A stretch of DNA of 63,897 nucleotides, filler included, from Barthelona sp. PAP020 (taxonomy: Eukaryota), in assembly GCA_040182905.1 (NCBI GenBank). It is 4 parts of 4 records of this genome, joined end to end, with 100 filler letters (N's around TTAATTAATTAA, not from the genome) between each part and the next. Parts side by side here need not be neighbours in the genome. Positions count along the whole stretch, not along the records: positions 48,225 to 63,897 come from JARQWU010000275.1; 3 more parts are not named here. One strand, written 5' to 3'. The notes beneath the pieces are model-generated. The model saw only the letters and a program-made list of their open reading frames with translations, ran no database searches and was not told the origin of the DNA. Positions 62,637 through 63,897 of this stretch are shown piece by piece. The position numbers and the translations under genes are program-made. How positions within the stretch are numbered: position 1 is the stretch's first letter; every line of letters starts with the position of its first letter.

Positions 62637-63261
62637 TTGATCTTACTTTTTTGTGACAAAAAGTTGTTGATGTTCTGCCACACAAAGTGCCACCAATTTG
62701 GATATCAAAATGTACAAATATTTTTCTTGGTAAAGTTGATGCACTTTCAATATTTAATATAATTGGCTTTTTGCAATAATTAATGTTGTGAATTTGGTTT
62801 TAGTTTGGTAATCCTGTTTAATATTGAAAATATTTATAATGAATGATTGTATTAACTGAGAGTCTTTCAAATCAAAGAAAGCAAATTAGTTACCAATTAG
62901 AATACGTGTAAAGACGTTTTATCAACTTTTTTTTAAAAAAATTAAACAGAGATAAATATTGTCTTTGACATGTTTACGAAGTATTTCAAATTATTCTGAA
63001 TAAAACAGTCTAAATTATTTGTTTTGATTTAATTTAGTCTAATTTTGGCACAATATATATTTACTGAAACAATGAACTTGGAAGATTAATTAAAAAAAAT
63101 TTGTTTCAAACATTGTTTGAAAGAGAGAATTGAACGATTGATGTTCTTGGTCAAGTTGTGAAATAACTATATTTATTCACAAAGAAAATGCAATCAGAGA
63201 AAACTCATTTCATTAAATCTCAGTAACAGAAAATGAGCGGCTATAATTGAGTCTTGGTCAT

Positions 63262-63443
63262 TAAGTAAGAAAAGTATTTCCATTTTTTTATATTTTTGCA
63301 AAAGAAAAATTTTAAAGTTTAAACTTTACCCAGATAATCTAAAGTTCTCAACAATTTAATCGGACCTTAATAGTTATCAATCAAGTGAAAACTATTTTCT
63401 TTTATTCACTCAAACGCACAGTGCTTTTTAGCTTAGAAATAAA
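63262..63443 (+). repeat. Dispersed repeat family A, copy 5 (diverged)
   Basis: tttttgcaaaagaaaaattttaaagtttaaactttacc...ttattcactcaaacgcacagtgctttttagcttagaaataa is colinear with the reverse complement of 39703-39904. Confidence 0.85.
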
Positions 63444-63587
63444 TCTATAGATATAGTATTTTTATTTTTGATCTGAATATTGTATGCCAAAAAGAATTAT
63501 TTGAAATTTGTTTGTTTAATAATTATATTATTACTGCTATAAAATCATTCAATACATTTTGTCACAAATAATCAACGGTTTTCATAC

Positions 63588-63659
63588 GTCGCCGTAGTTT
63601 AGCGGTATAATACTCGCTTAGGGTGCGAGAGGTCCCGGGTTCGATTCCCGGCGGCGACC
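63588..63659 (+). tRNA. tRNA-Pro(AGG), no intron
   Basis: 72-nt cloverleaf: acceptor GTCGCCG/CGGCGAC, anticodon arm CTCGC-TTAGGGT-GCGAG (AGG at 63620-63622), T arm CCGGG-TTCGATT-CCCGG, discriminator C. Confidence 0.97.
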
Positions 63660-63660
63660 A

Positions 63661-63665
63661 TTTTT
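63661..63665 (+). terminator. Pol III oligo-T terminator of tRNA-Pro
   Basis: T5 run starting 2 nt after the discriminator base. Confidence 0.7.
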
Positions 63666-63897
63666 GAATGAAACGGCAAATCCTGAGGATCGAGTCTCTA
63701 ATTCATGATGCAAAACAGAAAATGATTATAAAAGCTTTTACAAGGATTATAGGATGAGAAGGTTGGCTAGTTAGTGTTTGTCAATTCCTGATCTTTTCAC
63801 GTTAGGTACAAGAAAAGGTATACGAAAGCTTTTATATACGGTGTGTTATTGAAATGAGTAGTTGGGAAAGCTTGAATTTGAATCCTGGCTGTTTGAA

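Noticed and set aside
62620..62900. Short minus-strand open frames convergent with PSTK
   Set aside because: No start codon, interrupted by stops, no splice signals or family similarity
1..63897. Alternative genetic code (stop-codon reassignment)
   Set aside because: Conserved genes translate full length in the standard code and end at TAA, TAG and TGA at the expected positions

Overview
This is AT-rich, gene-dense, almost intron-free eukaryotic DNA in the standard genetic code, from a flagellated protist (CFAP298, MND1, ARP4, UGGT-HDEL, SERCA, P5B ATPase, cyclin, PSTK, tRNA-Pro). The species cannot be named from the sequence. The window is not one locus. Three artificial 100-bp linkers (N44-TTAATTAATTAA-N44) join four ~16-kb contigs in descending length order, so linkage across linkers means nothing. 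Blocks of housekeeping genes alternate with repeat-rich zones that carry a family of kinase or pseudokinase genes fused to repeat domains: (1) an MLKL-like four-helix bundle + dead kinase + ~13 ankyrin repeats (13100-15871); (2) an intact kinase-WD40 gene (17300-19321); (3) its truncated, frameshifted paralog (37133-38940), whose WD40 differences cluster at predicted top-face positions; (4) a HeLo-like N-terminus/kinase-remnant/ankyrin gene split by an A15 run (27340-31226). Together these suggest an undescribed protist immune or regulated-cell-death receptor family evolving by birth and death; this is inference. Also present are a secreted integrin-beta-like vWA protein with a Cys/His tail, a bacterial-type PARG, a secreted beta-lactamase-family hydrolase, one 51-nt intron with a TACTAAC branch point, and four dispersed repeat families. 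All homology calls come from motifs recognised by eye; no searches were run.
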